From Chloroflexota bacterium (GTDB lineage Bacteria > Chloroflexota > Anaerolineae > Anaerolineales > Villigracilaceae): a DNA stretch of 64,000 nt. The number at the start of each line of letters is the position of its first letter. Position 1 is the first letter of the stretch. This document shows, one piece after another, positions 36,099-45,282 of this stretch. The stretch lies in contig JBMOMP010000031.1 of NCBI GenBank assembly GCA_049323115.1, positions 36,018 through 100,017 on the forward strand, given 5' to 3'. The position numbers and the translations under genes are program-made. The notes under the pieces are model-generated. The model had not been told where the DNA came from. It did not search any database and worked only from the letters and a program-made list of their open reading frames with translations.

Positions 36099-37691
36099 AT
36101 GAAGAAGATGGAAGAGCGGATTCTTGTACTAGACGACGAGCCGGGGATCACTTTGTTGTGTAACCGCTTATTGAAAAGGCAAGGATACCAGGTTACTCCC
36201 TTTACTTCCGCAGCGCCCGCTATCGAGTATTTGCGTGCCAATCAGGTTGATTTGCTCCTTGTTGATATTCGAATGCCCGATATAGATGGGTTTGAAGTGA
36301 TTGAATACGCCAGGAAATTACAGCCTGATATTGCCGTTTTGGTCATGACTGGGTTTGGGACGGTAGAGACAGCTATTCAGGCTCTTCGAAGGGGCGTTGA
36401 TGGGTTATTGCTTAAACCATTCGAAAAAAGTAGCGAATTGGTCGATTCGGTAAAACAATCCCTGGTTGATAGTGAGAAAAAGCATGATGCTGCGCGTATC
36501 CAGGCCCTGCGACCATTGTTTGCTGTAACTGAATCTTTTTTTTCGGAGACTCATCCTGAGCAATTGTTGAGTTTGATCATCAAGGCGATCCGTAGCCATC
36601 TTCGCTGCTCTTGTTCCGGTTATTACCAATATGAAGGAGAAAACCTGGAATTGCTTCTTGGTGAAGGGAGCGTGATTGACCCGCTAAGAAGCAAGGTGGA
36701 GAAGGATCTGCTTCTTGAGATTGCGGCATTTGGTGGGCCGCTTTTGGTTAATTGTTCTGGCCCAGGGAATCCCACTTTACAATCACGTTTACGGAAACTT
36801 GGTTTTGGCGCAATTTTATTTGTGCCAGTAACGCGGTTGAAAGTGCGTAGTATGTTGTTCGCAGGGCGAGAGTCCCAGGATTCTCCTTTCCGCGAATCCG
36901 ATATGGAAATGTTCCTTATTCTTGCCAATCAGGCTGCTGTTGCTATCGAGAACGCGCGTCTGTATGCTGAGTTGCGAGATTATGTAAAACAAGTCGAAGA
37001 ATCGCAACAGGCCCTGCTCCAGGCTGAAAAGATGGCAGCCGCCGGGCGCCTGACCGCCTCTATTGCCCACGAAGTGAATAATCCCTTGCAGGCGGTGCAA
37101 AACTGCCTGCATCTCGCTGGGCGCGAAGACCTGTCTGGAGAACAACGTACAGAGTATTTTGAGCTTGCAAAAACCGAATTGAATCGGTTGATGTCCACAG
37201 TGCAAAGGATGTTGGATTTTTATCGTCCTGGTGCTGTTGCTCCGAGTGAAGTGATCATCCCTGACGTTTTGAAGCATGTGATGGATCTCATGTCTCAACA
37301 ATTGACAAAGCGTGGTATCGTCGTAGATGTGGGCGTTCCTGCTTCCTTGCCGCCTGTTTTTGCAGTGAGCAGCCAAATCCAACAAGTATTTATCAATTTG
37401 ATTCTAAATGCTTTTGATGCTATGCCTGAAGGAGGGGTTCTTCAAATCCATGTACATGTGGTGCGACGAGGTGTTGAGATATTGTTTCAGGATAATGGTC
37501 CGGGCATTCCCCAGGACCGGCTGGCGCACATTTTTGAACCGTTTTATAGTACAAAAAGTGGGGGCACAGGTTTGGGCTTAACCGTCAGTTACAATATCAT
37601 TACTGCACATGGTGGTTCTTTAGATCTTGTCACAAATAATAAACCGGGAGCATGTTTCCGTGTTTACTTGCCGTTTGGAGGAAAAAGATGA
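36099..37691 (+). CDS. Hybrid REC-GAF-histidine kinase
   Basis: N-terminal receiver: ILVLDDEPGI...LLLVDIRMPDIDG. A GAF domain follows. H-box: SIAHEVNNPLQAV. HATPase_c: GGTGLGLTVSYNIITAHGG. Confidence 0.85.
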   Translation: MKKMEERILVLDDEPGITLLCNRLLKRQGYQVTPFTSAAPAIEYLRANQVDLLLVDIRMPDIDGFEVIEYARKLQPDIAVLVMTGFGTVETAIQALRRGVDGLLLKPFEKSSELVDSVKQSLVDSEKKHDAARIQALRPLFAVTESFFSETHPEQLLSLIIKAIRSHLRCSCSGYYQYEGENLELLLGEGSVIDPLRSKVEKDLLLEIAAFGGPLLVNCSGPGNPTLQSRLRKLGFGAILFVPVTRLKVRSMLFAGRESQDSPFRESDMEMFLILANQAAVAIENARLYAELRDYVKQVEESQQALLQAEKMAAAGRLTASIAHEVNNPLQAVQNCLHLAGREDLSGEQRTEYFELAKTELNRLMSTVQRMLDFYRPGAVAPSEVIIPDVLKHVMDLMSQQLTKRGIVVDVGVPASLPPVFAVSSQIQQVFINLILNAFDAMPEGGVLQIHVHVVRRGVEILFQDNGPGIPQDRLAHIFEPFYSTKSGGTGLGLTVSYNIITAHGGSLDLVTNNKPGACFRVYLPFGGKR

Positions 37692-38428
37692 AATTTAACA
37701 TTCTGGTTGTTGACGATGAACCTGTTTCACGTAAATCGCTTACTGATATTTTGCGATTGGAAGGTTATAGTGTTGCTTCTGTCCCGAATGGGCAGGCTGC
37801 AATTGAGCATATCCGAACCCATCACATTGACTTGATGATCGTGGACCTTCGTATGCCGGGCATGGATGGCTTGGAAGTTGTCCAAGTTGTGAACCAGATT
37901 GCTTCCGACACAGAGGTGATTGTGTTGACTGCTTATGGCTCTACTGAAACGGCCATCCAAGCATTACGCTTAAGGATACATGATTATTTGTTGAAACCCG
38001 CCCCTCCTGCGCAGGTTTTGACCAGCGTTAAAAAAGGATTGGAGCGTCGCGCGTTGCGAGTGCGCGCAAAAGGTGTGGATTCAGATTCGTCTGATCTGGA
38101 AGAAATCTTGGATTCTGTTTCGCTTCCTGATGGGACAGTAGTGGACTTGTCACGCCGGCAAATCCGGCGCGGGGAAGTTTTAGTTAGCCTGACGCCGGCT
38201 GAGGGTCGCTTGTTGCGTGTATTATTGATCAACGAGGGCAAGGTTTTTGCTCATCGTGATCTGGTATTGCTTGTCCAGGGGTATGATACGTCGCAACGAG
38301 AAGCGCCGGAGATCCTGCGACCTTTGGTAAGCCGGCTTCGACATAAACTTGAAGCATTTCCGGCGCTGTCTGAACAAATTGTCAGTATCCGGGGAACAGG
38401 GTATGTTTTTGAAGGGAAGACAGAATGA
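37688..38428 (+). CDS. OmpR/PhoB-type response regulator (REC + winged helix)
   Basis: MKFNILVVDDEP...LMIVDLRMPGMDG, with a C-terminal LTPAEGRLLRVLL...IVSIRGTGYVF. An ATGA overlap couples it to the upstream kinase. Confidence 0.85.
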   Translation: MKFNILVVDDEPVSRKSLTDILRLEGYSVASVPNGQAAIEHIRTHHIDLMIVDLRMPGMDGLEVVQVVNQIASDTEVIVLTAYGSTETAIQALRLRIHDYLLKPAPPAQVLTSVKKGLERRALRVRAKGVDSDSSDLEEILDSVSLPDGTVVDLSRRQIRRGEVLVSLTPAEGRLLRVLLINEGKVFAHRDLVLLVQGYDTSQREAPEILRPLVSRLRHKLEAFPALSEQIVSIRGTGYVFEGKTE

Positions 38429-38449
38429 GCGGAAATGGTTGAATTGTTC

Positions 38450-39382
38450 TCAGGGTAGGTCAGGGGGAAAACTGGTTGGTGGGCGCAGCCACCCCAGCCA
38501 ACCACTCTTTGCAGGTTTGCGCACTTTGGCAGGCTTGTCGAAGTATATTAAGAGTATGCTTATGCTAAGGATGCCAGCACCAATCCATTGTGCCTGCGCA
38601 AGTTTCTCATGTAACCATGCAATGCTCAGTCCAATGGCGACAAGTAACTCCAATAATCCCAGAAGCGCGGTTTGCATCCCGCCAAGGTATTTTACACCTT
38701 GAAATAGTGCGAGCCGGGAAAGGAAAGTAACCAGCGTCAACCCAATTATGGGGTACCAACTCGCATTAGAAGGCAGTGGTTGGCCCACAAGAAGAAACAC
38801 TGGTACAACAACCAAACTCATAGCAATTAGCGTATATAGCGTGACAGTAGGAGCGGGGACGTCATAGAGTACACGTTGGTTGATAGGCAGGTGAAGCGCG
38901 TATAGGATCGATGCGAGTAGCATTTGACCAACACCAATCATGTCAATGTGGACTGATTCTGAATAAGTCAATAGAAAAACGGCAATCATCGCAAGAGTAA
39001 TGCGAAAAAGGGTTAATTTGTTAGGAGGTTGCGAGTCCAAAACCAGCCAAATTGCTACGAAGAGAGGGTAAAGGGAATAGAGCAATTGTCCAAGACTCGC
39101 ATCGATACGGCCCAGTGCCGAATAATATAATATAGAACCAACTCCATTGAATAATCCTGCCAATCCGCACCCAATTAACCCTGCTGGATATATGTAGAGA
39201 TACTCACGCCGAAATACAATCACGATAAACAATAACAAGAGGGCAGCCATCAATGTTCGGATACCAACTACTGCGAGAGGTGAAAACCCCAGGTTGATTG
39301 CTTGTTTGCCAAAAACAGGCGTAAAGCCAAGGAAGGTTGCAGACAGCAAAACAGCCCGGACCCCCGTTTTACGTTTTTGCAT
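38450..39382 (-). CDS. EamA/DMT family transporter (last gene of the large minus-strand operon)
   Basis: 310 aa with 10 TM segments in two EamA-like halves. It starts 11 nt downstream of the ThrC-REC gene. Confidence 0.8.
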   Translation of the reverse strand: MQKRKTGVRAVLLSATFLGFTPVFGKQAINLGFSPLAVVGIRTLMAALLLLFIVIVFRREYLYIYPAGLIGCGLAGLFNGVGSILYYSALGRIDASLGQLLYSLYPLFVAIWLVLDSQPPNKLTLFRITLAMIAVFLLTYSESVHIDMIGVGQMLLASILYALHLPINQRVLYDVPAPTVTLYTLIAMSLVVVPVFLLVGQPLPSNASWYPIIGLTLVTFLSRLALFQGVKYLGGMQTALLGLLELLVAIGLSIAWLHEKLAQAQWIGAGILSISILLIYFDKPAKVRKPAKSGWLGWLRPPTSFPPDLP

Positions 39383-39393
39383 GGGTTTTGACC

Positions 39394-41064
39394 TTAATCC
39401 AGTAAAGAGCGGACTTCATCAAGAAATTCATCGTTGAGAAAATCTCCTTTTTGCATCAACGATTGAATTTGCCCTTCCAGTCTGTTTTTTTCATCGGGTG
39501 TCAGTTCTTTGGCTGAAGCAACAATTACAGGAATATTTGCTGTTTCGGGGTTGCGCTTCAGGATATCAATGACTTCAAATCCATCCATTTCTGGCATGAT
39601 AAGATCCAGAATAAGCAGGTCCGGTCTTTCTTTCTCAATCAGTGTCAAGGCCGCTTTGCCGTTTTCGGCTTCGAAAATAGTGAAATCGCCTTGCGATTGT
39701 AATATCCTCCTGATCAAGCGGCGTGCATCAGCGCTATCATCTGCAATTGCAATGCGCGGGAATCCTTCTGGCGCCACACGGTTTAGCGCAGCGAGCAAGC
39801 CATCTTGTTGGGGTATCTCACCGCGGCTTGGCATTTCTACATCCAGCGACCAATCCTCTCCAAGCAACCATTGTTCGGCGGGCATCGTATGGCCTGTGCA
39901 ATTCACAACCACAGTATCTGTGGGCTTTATGATGCCATGTCGTACCAGCTTGAATAATCCTGCAAACGCGACCCCTGCAGCAGGTTCTACAGAGAGTCCT
40001 TCCATCTTTGCAACCACATGCATAGCTCGGAAAGCTTCCCCGTCGCTGACGCTTTCAAATATCCCCTGCGTTTCATCAACCTCCCGCTTCAGCAACTTGT
40101 AGGTTCGGCCTGGATCGCCAGTTGCAAGCGTCTCGATATGAGTTTGGGGTGTAGTAATCACAATTGGAGTTTCAAGGCCTTGTTTCCAACTTGTGACCAT
40201 CGGTGCGCACCCTTCTGCTTGGATGGCAGCAATTGCGGGTAAGCCATTGACAAAACCCATTTTGGAGAGTTCGCGAAATCCTTTAGAGACTCCTAATGGT
40301 CCCATGCCGCCACTGACGGATTGGATATACCAATCCGGCGTGCGCCACTTGGGTGGATTTTTACTGCCGTTCGAAGAATATCCGGGTTTCTGGGCAAGTT
40401 GTTCGGCCACTTCATAGGCAATCGTTTTCATTGCCTCTACAGAAGTAATTGTCCTTGCTCCCATATCATGGTACAAACCGCGCTGGCGAGCAAACTCGGA
40501 TGCCATTTGTTTGGTTTGGTCATAGGAGCCGGTTACTTTGACAACTTGGCTTCCATATAAGGCAATTTCGCGCATTTTAACCCCAGGCACCAAGCTGGTT
40601 ACAAACGCCCAGAGTTTTATTCCAGCACGTGCAGCGTACGCAGAGTATGAAATCGCTACATTCCCGGTAGATGCAGCAACCAATTCTGTGATACCAGCCT
40701 CTTTTAATGCTGCAATGGTGACAGCCGCTTGCCGGTCCTTGAATGAAGCCGTGGGTCCTTGACGCTCATCTTTGATATATAGGTTCGAACATCCAAGCAT
40801 CATACCCAAGTTAACTGCCTGGATGAGTGGCGTGCCGCCTTCTCCCAGGCTGATGTTGGCGTTAGGAGTGCGAACTGGTAATAACTCGTGATACCTCCAA
40901 AGATCGAACGTGCGTTCGTGTAGTTGCGCTCTCCAGATCTCCGCTACTGACGCCAGGTCATATTCCGCAACTCTCCACTGGCTGTTGCATTTGGGGCAAC
41001 TTGCAATTGTTGGATGGAATGGCGCTGCATGATTGCAGTCCAAACATCTGATTTGAAATGTCAC
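39394..41064 (-). CDS. Threonine-synthase-like PLP enzyme fused to a C-terminal response-regulator receiver domain
   Basis: Zn-ribbon: CLDCN...CPKCN. PLP-lysine motif: GPTASFKDRQAA. Also ASTGNVA. The REC domain reads RIAIADDSADARRLI...DLLILDLIMPEMDGFEVI...PVIVASAK. The GTG at 41064 lies 7 nt after AGGAGG. The ORF-track start at 41085 is a TTG. Confidence 0.8.
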   Translation of the reverse strand: MTFQIRCLDCNHAAPFHPTIASCPKCNSQWRVAEYDLASVAEIWRAQLHERTFDLWRYHELLPVRTPNANISLGEGGTPLIQAVNLGMMLGCSNLYIKDERQGPTASFKDRQAAVTIAALKEAGITELVAASTGNVAISYSAYAARAGIKLWAFVTSLVPGVKMREIALYGSQVVKVTGSYDQTKQMASEFARQRGLYHDMGARTITSVEAMKTIAYEVAEQLAQKPGYSSNGSKNPPKWRTPDWYIQSVSGGMGPLGVSKGFRELSKMGFVNGLPAIAAIQAEGCAPMVTSWKQGLETPIVITTPQTHIETLATGDPGRTYKLLKREVDETQGIFESVSDGEAFRAMHVVAKMEGLSVEPAAGVAFAGLFKLVRHGIIKPTDTVVVNCTGHTMPAEQWLLGEDWSLDVEMPSRGEIPQQDGLLAALNRVAPEGFPRIAIADDSADARRLIRRILQSQGDFTIFEAENGKAALTLIEKERPDLLILDLIMPEMDGFEVIDILKRNPETANIPVIVASAKELTPDEKNRLEGQIQSLMQKGDFLNDEFLDEVRSLLD

Positions 41065-41106
41065 GTTGCGGCCTCCTGGCAACAAGCATATTCCTATGAT
41101 TTTTTC

Positions 41107-44100
41107 TCAGTTATCTATGCGTTTGAGCGCATTTTCAATCGTGCCGATGAGTTCTTGTTCTTGCAAGGAACTTTTTTGTAATAACCTTTGTCCAAACATT
41201 TGAAGTTGGCCATATTGTTCGTTTGTCAAGTCGCTACTACTTACAACAACTACAGGGATATCCCTTAGTTCATTGTTTTCATGTAATTTCTCAAGAATCG
41301 AGAATCCATCTACATCTGGCATGAATAGATCCAAGACAATGGCATGTGGCGTCTTTGATTGAATGGCGTTCCACCCTGCCTGCCCACCTTCTGCTAGAAT
41401 AGGTTTGTACCTTCCTTGATTAGAAATCATCGTTCCTAACAGGCGCAGATCGTTTGGGTCGTCGTCTATGATTAGTATTTCTCGAATACTTCCATCGTTG
41501 TTTAGCCGATCTAGCGAAGAGAGTAAATCATCTTCTACGATTGGTTTGACCAGATAATCTGCTGCTCCTAAGCTAAAGCCTTTTTCTTCTTCCTCCAGGA
41601 TGCTGCAAATGATTATTGGGACACTGCGTGTTTCGGGGTCGGATTTTAGGTCATCGAGAACGTGCCAGCCGTCGTACCCTGGCATCATAATGTCCAATAT
41701 GACTGCAAAAGGTTTCAATTGTCTTACTCGTTCTTTTGCCCGTTGTGGATCTTTCAAACTGATTACTTGGAAACCTTTTGGCCTCAGATACCGCTCATAC
41801 AGGTTGAGGATTTGTGGGTCATCGTCAATAGTCAAGATTGTCTTGAAGCCGCTTTTTGAAATCTTTTGTTCTTTCACGAAGATAGGAACGGTAAAATAAA
41901 ATGAACTTCCTCTTCCTGGCATGCTGTGTATACCGATGCGACCATGATGCATTTGAACCAGATGATGGCAAATTGATAATCCAAGGCCTGACCCGCCAAC
42001 TTTGCGAGTTAATGACGCATCAACTTGTGAGAAGGGCTGGAACAGTTTGGCTTGATCTTCGGGGGAAATGCCTGGTCCAGTGTCGGTCACAGTGACGATT
42101 ACAGAAGATTGTCCAGTGGTCAGGTCGTCAACCTCGGCCCTTACGGTGATTTCTCCCTTTTCTGTGAATTTGGCTGCGTTAGAGAGCAAGTTAATCAATA
42201 CCTGCCTGATGCGCATGGGATCGGCGCGGACTGTTGGAAGATCAGTTGCAATCTCTTGTTTCAATGTAATTGGTTTGTCTTTGATCAAGCCAGCAGCAGT
42301 GGACATCACGCTTGTAACCAGATCGTCGATATTTACTTCGCTAAAGGAAAGTTCCATCTTGCCCGCTTCGATGCGGGAAAGATCAAGGATGTCGTTGATC
42401 AGACCGAGCAAATGTTGTCCGGCGTTGAAAATCGCTGTCAGGTCTTGTTGTTGTAGTTCTGTAACAGGACCGTCAATGCCTTTGAGGATGACGCGCGCAA
42501 ACCCAATGATCGAATTGAGCGGGGTGCGAAGTTCATGGCTCATATTTGCCAGGAATTGACTTTTTAGACGGTCAACCTCCCGCATTTCTTGAACGGCCTG
42601 CTGGGCGATGTTGTAAGAGCGCGCATTGTCAATACCAATGGCAATTTGGTCGGCCAATAGTTGAAGAATTGCTACGTCGTCTTGGGAAAAAGCATTTACT
42701 TCCGTGGACTGAATATCCAAAACGCCGATGATTCGGTTGCCAATGTGCAGGGGAATGGCGGCTTCGGCTCTTGTATCGGGTAGTAGAGGGTTCGGTTTGT
42801 GGATAGGATCAAGCGCTGTGTTGTTGATGACGATTGCGTTTCCGGTTTCGGTCGCTTGTCCTACGGTTGATTTGGAGCCGACTGTCAAGGAATGCCCACG
42901 TTGCTTCATCTGCTCTCCGGCTTCGCCGGTGGCTTCCTGTAGCACCGCATTGAAACCGGTCTCTTCGACAATGAAGATGGCAGCGTGGTAGTATCCAAAG
43001 CGTTCTTTTACCAGGTTTACAGCGCGCGAGAAGATGGCTTTCAAGTCCAGGGAAGATGTGACCAGGCGTCCGATCTCGGCTGAGGCGGCCAGGTACTCGT
43101 TTCGGCGTCGCAGCGCTTCTTCGTTTTGCTTGCGTTCGGTAATGTCGCGCGCGATGCTCATGATAACGGTTCTTCCCGCATAGGACACCAGGCTGGAACT
43201 GATCTCCACCGGGATGTCTTTTCCATCTTTCGTCCTGTGTGAAGTCTCGAAAACTTGGACCTTATCCCTGGGCATGTTACTGGCAAGGTTTTGGATCTGT
43301 TCAGGGATCAGATTTACATCTATGTCGGAGATTTTCATGGACAGGAGTTCTTCCCGGCTGTAACCCAGGGCGGTCATGGCGGCGTTATTGACGTCCAAAA
43401 TCGTCGTATCGAAATCAATGACCCAGATGGTATCGTTCATGCCATTGAGCAAATCCCGGTATTTTTCCTCGCTTTCTCGCAAGTTTTCTTCCGCACGCTT
43501 GCGTTCGGTGGTGTCTCGCGCAACCCAGAAGACGTGGTTTTCGGTCAGTTTTGAGACGCTGGCGTCGAACCAATATTCAGCGCCGTTTATTTCCAGCGGA
43601 TATTCGATTTCTTGCGATTGCCCGGTGTCAAGTGTAGTCCGAATTGTCGATAAGAAGGGTTCATGAAGGTTTTCGGGCAATACTTCTTGCAATGTCCGGC
43701 CAAGCATTTCTTCAGTGGGACGGAACAGGTGGTTTGGGTTTGTCTCTGCAATGCGCTCATACCTGCCTTCACGGTCATAGATAATGATGACATCTTCCAT
43801 GGCGGCGAACAGCGCTTTTAGTTCGGACTCGGACTGTTGTGTTTGTTGGAAAAGACGGGCATTTTCAATGGCAAAGCCGATTTGCCGCCCAATTGATTGC
43901 GTCAGGCTAATCACATTTTCCGACATTGGCTCAGGGTTTTCGTTGAAAACACATAATGTGCCAACGATTTGCCCTTTTGCTTCCAGGGGGACGCCCAAAT
44001 ATGCAAACAATCCGTTGTTAATTAGCCCTGTGAAATCAACAGGCGTCCCTTCCCGCGTGTCAGAAACAGCCAATGTAGATTGCGATTTGAATACATGGTC

Positions 44101-45282
44101 GCACGGAGTCCCTGCCAGTCCCGCGGCTTGCAGTTTTTCTAGAACAGGTAATGGCAAGTTTTGGTGTGTAAATAATTCCAACTGACCCGAGGCTTCATTC
44201 TTGAGTGAAATGAGACCGCAACTGAAACCAAGCATATCCAAGATTTGTGCAAGGAGCGTTTCCAAGAGTTGCGTTAATTCCAGTGTTTGGCTGGAAGAGA
44301 AGATGATTCGGTTGAGGGCGCTTAATTCCTCAGCCCGAGCCTGTGTCTCTTGGAATAACCTGGCGTTGTCTAGGGCAACTGCAGCCTGGTTGGATAAAAT
44401 CATAGCCAGGTTCAATTCTTGTTGGGAGAACTGTCTTTCCTGGTAAAGTTCTTCGAGATGGATCATCCCTGTTGCACGGCCCTGCATGATGAGCGGCAAA
44501 CGCACCTGTGATTTGACACCATATTTCCTCATGTAGTCCTGTTCGGCGCTATCCAGGCTCGGATCATTAATTTGCAGGATGACAGGTTGCAACGTTGCCA
44601 GCATTTGTTGCGTGGCCGGGTAGTCTGCTGGGTCTGTTTCCAGGTTTGTCCATAATTCGTCTTCGGGGCGTTTTTTGTTTTCTGGTATGTAATCAACAAT
44701 GGTGCGCATTTTCCCTTGAGGGGTGAGCAAGAGAATAGAACATTCTGTTACCTGGAAAATTTGTATGAAGTATTTTGCAATCAGGTTCGCAATTTCTTCC
44801 AGTTGTAATGGCAACTCTGCCAGGTTCTGGCTTACGTTGAGTAGTGTTGTCAATTCTTGAACACGCTGTTGCGTTTCCTGGAACAGGCGCGCATTTTCCA
44901 TCGCAAGGGACAGTTGGTCGGCTACTTGTTTGACCAGCAATTGTTCTTCGGCGCCCCAAGTGCTTTTTCCTGATTCATCAACGACCTTGAGCGTCGACCA
45001 ATTCTTTTCGTCTATTCGGAAAGCGGTAGAAAGCATTGCAGTGGGGGAAACCTGCGTTGTAACGGGAGCAAGCCTGTCGTCGGCTTGAAGCGTCATCCCC
45101 GTCCCTGATAAAATTTCGGATATTTCATCCGAAAGGCTCATGGGAACGGACGGAAGGCTGGGCGCCTGTTTGGGCTTTCGACCGCCGCTTCTGCCCGGAC
45201 GTTCGGCTTGCGTCTCTGCTTCGTTGCTTTTTATCTCGTCGAAAAGTTTGTCAAGCCTGTTGTTTATCTTTTTCTTCGACAT
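41107..45282 (-). CDS. Giant hybrid sensor histidine kinase (half-GAF module, multiple GAF, 2 PAS, GAF, HisKA, HATPase_c, 2 REC)
   Basis: H-box: MSHELRTPLNSIIGF. HATPase_c: GGSGLGLSICHHLVQMHHG. The two receivers read ILTIDDDPQ...ILDIMMPGYDG and ILIIDDDPN...VLDLFMPDVDG. PAS-like segments are present. Start taken at ATG 45282 (MSKKKINN...), because the TTG at 45399 would overlap the ParA gene by about 150 nt. Confidence 0.85.
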   Translation of the reverse strand: MSKKKINNRLDKLFDEIKSNEAETQAERPGRSGGRKPKQAPSLPSVPMSLSDEISEILSGTGMTLQADDRLAPVTTQVSPTAMLSTAFRIDEKNWSTLKVVDESGKSTWGAEEQLLVKQVADQLSLAMENARLFQETQQRVQELTTLLNVSQNLAELPLQLEEIANLIAKYFIQIFQVTECSILLLTPQGKMRTIVDYIPENKKRPEDELWTNLETDPADYPATQQMLATLQPVILQINDPSLDSAEQDYMRKYGVKSQVRLPLIMQGRATGMIHLEELYQERQFSQQELNLAMILSNQAAVALDNARLFQETQARAEELSALNRIIFSSSQTLELTQLLETLLAQILDMLGFSCGLISLKNEASGQLELFTHQNLPLPVLEKLQAAGLAGTPCDHVFKSQSTLAVSDTREGTPVDFTGLINNGLFAYLGVPLEAKGQIVGTLCVFNENPEPMSENVISLTQSIGRQIGFAIENARLFQQTQQSESELKALFAAMEDVIIIYDREGRYERIAETNPNHLFRPTEEMLGRTLQEVLPENLHEPFLSTIRTTLDTGQSQEIEYPLEINGAEYWFDASVSKLTENHVFWVARDTTERKRAEENLRESEEKYRDLLNGMNDTIWVIDFDTTILDVNNAAMTALGYSREELLSMKISDIDVNLIPEQIQNLASNMPRDKVQVFETSHRTKDGKDIPVEISSSLVSYAGRTVIMSIARDITERKQNEEALRRRNEYLAASAEIGRLVTSSLDLKAIFSRAVNLVKERFGYYHAAIFIVEETGFNAVLQEATGEAGEQMKQRGHSLTVGSKSTVGQATETGNAIVINNTALDPIHKPNPLLPDTRAEAAIPLHIGNRIIGVLDIQSTEVNAFSQDDVAILQLLADQIAIGIDNARSYNIAQQAVQEMREVDRLKSQFLANMSHELRTPLNSIIGFARVILKGIDGPVTELQQQDLTAIFNAGQHLLGLINDILDLSRIEAGKMELSFSEVNIDDLVTSVMSTAAGLIKDKPITLKQEIATDLPTVRADPMRIRQVLINLLSNAAKFTEKGEITVRAEVDDLTTGQSSVIVTVTDTGPGISPEDQAKLFQPFSQVDASLTRKVGGSGLGLSICHHLVQMHHGRIGIHSMPGRGSSFYFTVPIFVKEQKISKSGFKTILTIDDDPQILNLYERYLRPKGFQVISLKDPQRAKERVRQLKPFAVILDIMMPGYDGWHVLDDLKSDPETRSVPIIICSILEEEEKGFSLGAADYLVKPIVEDDLLSSLDRLNNDGSIREILIIDDDPNDLRLLGTMISNQGRYKPILAEGGQAGWNAIQSKTPHAIVLDLFMPDVDGFSILEKLHENNELRDIPVVVVSSSDLTNEQYGQLQMFGQRLLQKSSLQEQELIGTIENALKRIDN

